Below the pieces are notes generated by a model, which saw only the letters and a list, made by a program, of their open reading frames with translations, searched no databases and was not told the origin of the DNA. A stretch of DNA of 50,550 nt from Chara braunii. Its lineage: Eukaryota > Plantae > Charophyceae. The translations under genes were made by a program, and so were the position numbers. This document shows positions 49,842 to 50,550 of the stretch, in pieces (position 1 is the stretch's first letter; each line of letters starts with the position of its first letter). Location: NCBI GenBank assembly GCA_003427395.1, contig BFEA01000011.1:6973188-7023737 (forward strand), written 5' to 3'.

Positions 49842-50550
49842 ATTGGTATCACTGCCCGAAACAATCTTTCTTCTTCCTCTTCCCATACGGCCCGGCGAAG
49901 TGACCTGCACCCTTCCCAACGAGTCCAGCGTTTGCATCACCGACCGCCTCACAAGCCGGTGGCTAGTACAACGCCTACTTCGGCTCGTTTGAGTACAGCA
50001 CTTCAAGGCGTCATCCGTACTCTTCGCGAAAAAGATAATCAACTCTTTCGAACCGAAGGTATTCGACGATGTTGGATTGTTCAGAGCAGTGACGAGGTCA
50101 TGCTTGACCTCAAAAAGAATAAAGCTTCTCTTAGAGGTCTGGCCCCGCATACAGTTGATTTCACTACTATGTATACTAATCTTTCTCATCAACGAATTCT
50201 TGACAATGTTGCTAATGGCGTTGATGAGGCGCATGCCTACGCTCTTGCACAGGTACGGCAGCATACACAGACACGCTCATCGGGTGTTGCTCTTCGTATG
50301 CGGGTCCGTGGACCCCGTGCAGGGGAATGGACTACGGATACGGGACCTGACACTCTTTCTGTTTCTGACATTCTTCAACATCTTCGGTTTATTGTTACAA
50401 ATACATATTTGTATACAGCGGATGGCCTCGTTCGTCATCAAGATGTCGGTATCCCTATGGGTACAAACGGTGGTCCTGAGATTGCCAATCTTACACTCTA
50501 TTGGGATGAGGCGCAGTACGTGGACAACCTGCAGCGTGTGGATCCCTCTG
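49842..50550 (+). mobile_element. Penelope-like retroelement reverse transcriptase (Chlamys/Naiad-like), 5'-truncated, continues past the window
   Basis: Frame +3 is open to the window end: ASTTPTSARLSTAL…GIRRCWIVQSSDEV…HTVDFTTMYTNLSH…LRFIVTNTY…RHQDVGIPMGTNGGPEIANLTLYWDE. These match PLE RT motifs DFxxLYT and GIPMGTNxxP. Starts at a (TA)n run. Confidence 0.92.

Noticed and set aside
49803-50264. 153-aa minus-strand ORF
   Set aside because: Antisense shadow of the plus-strand Penelope RT frame.

Overview
Eukaryotic, repeat-dominated draft-assembly window with (GA)n/(TG)n microsatellites next to N-gaps. A streptophyte alga such as Chara is likely; this is inferred from a plant-type FAM91A1 exon, a Chlamys/Naiad-like Penelope RT and the repeat landscape. 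Only two coding pieces are firmly recognisable, and neither appears in the supplied ORF track. One is the first coding exon of FAM91A1 (44325-44452, +). The other is a 5'-truncated Penelope-like reverse transcriptase in the following intron that runs off the window end (about 49842-50550, +). The first 42 kb is a nest of repeats: hAT-, PIF/Harbinger- and MULE-like MITEs, several degenerate tandem arrays, and a ~4-kb dispersed family ('E') whose ~0.5-kb terminal module ('A-box') occurs 8 times in both orientations. The A-box carries a stem-loop with a GGTGAC loop and compensatory base changes, followed by an AG|GTAAGT motif. The most unusual observation concerns three loci (10975-12142 +, 31379-32296 +, 40070-40845 -) and probably a fourth (23824-24930 +). 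Each contains short 18S, 5.8S and 25S/28S rRNA-like motifs in correct rDNA order, compressed into 0.75-1.2 kb, read as decayed long ORFs, and lying next to E/A-box modules. This suggests a repeat-borne 'mini-rDNA'-derived ORF family. All rRNA and protein matches were made by eye against remembered conserved motifs and need computational confirmation. Repeat boundaries are approximate.
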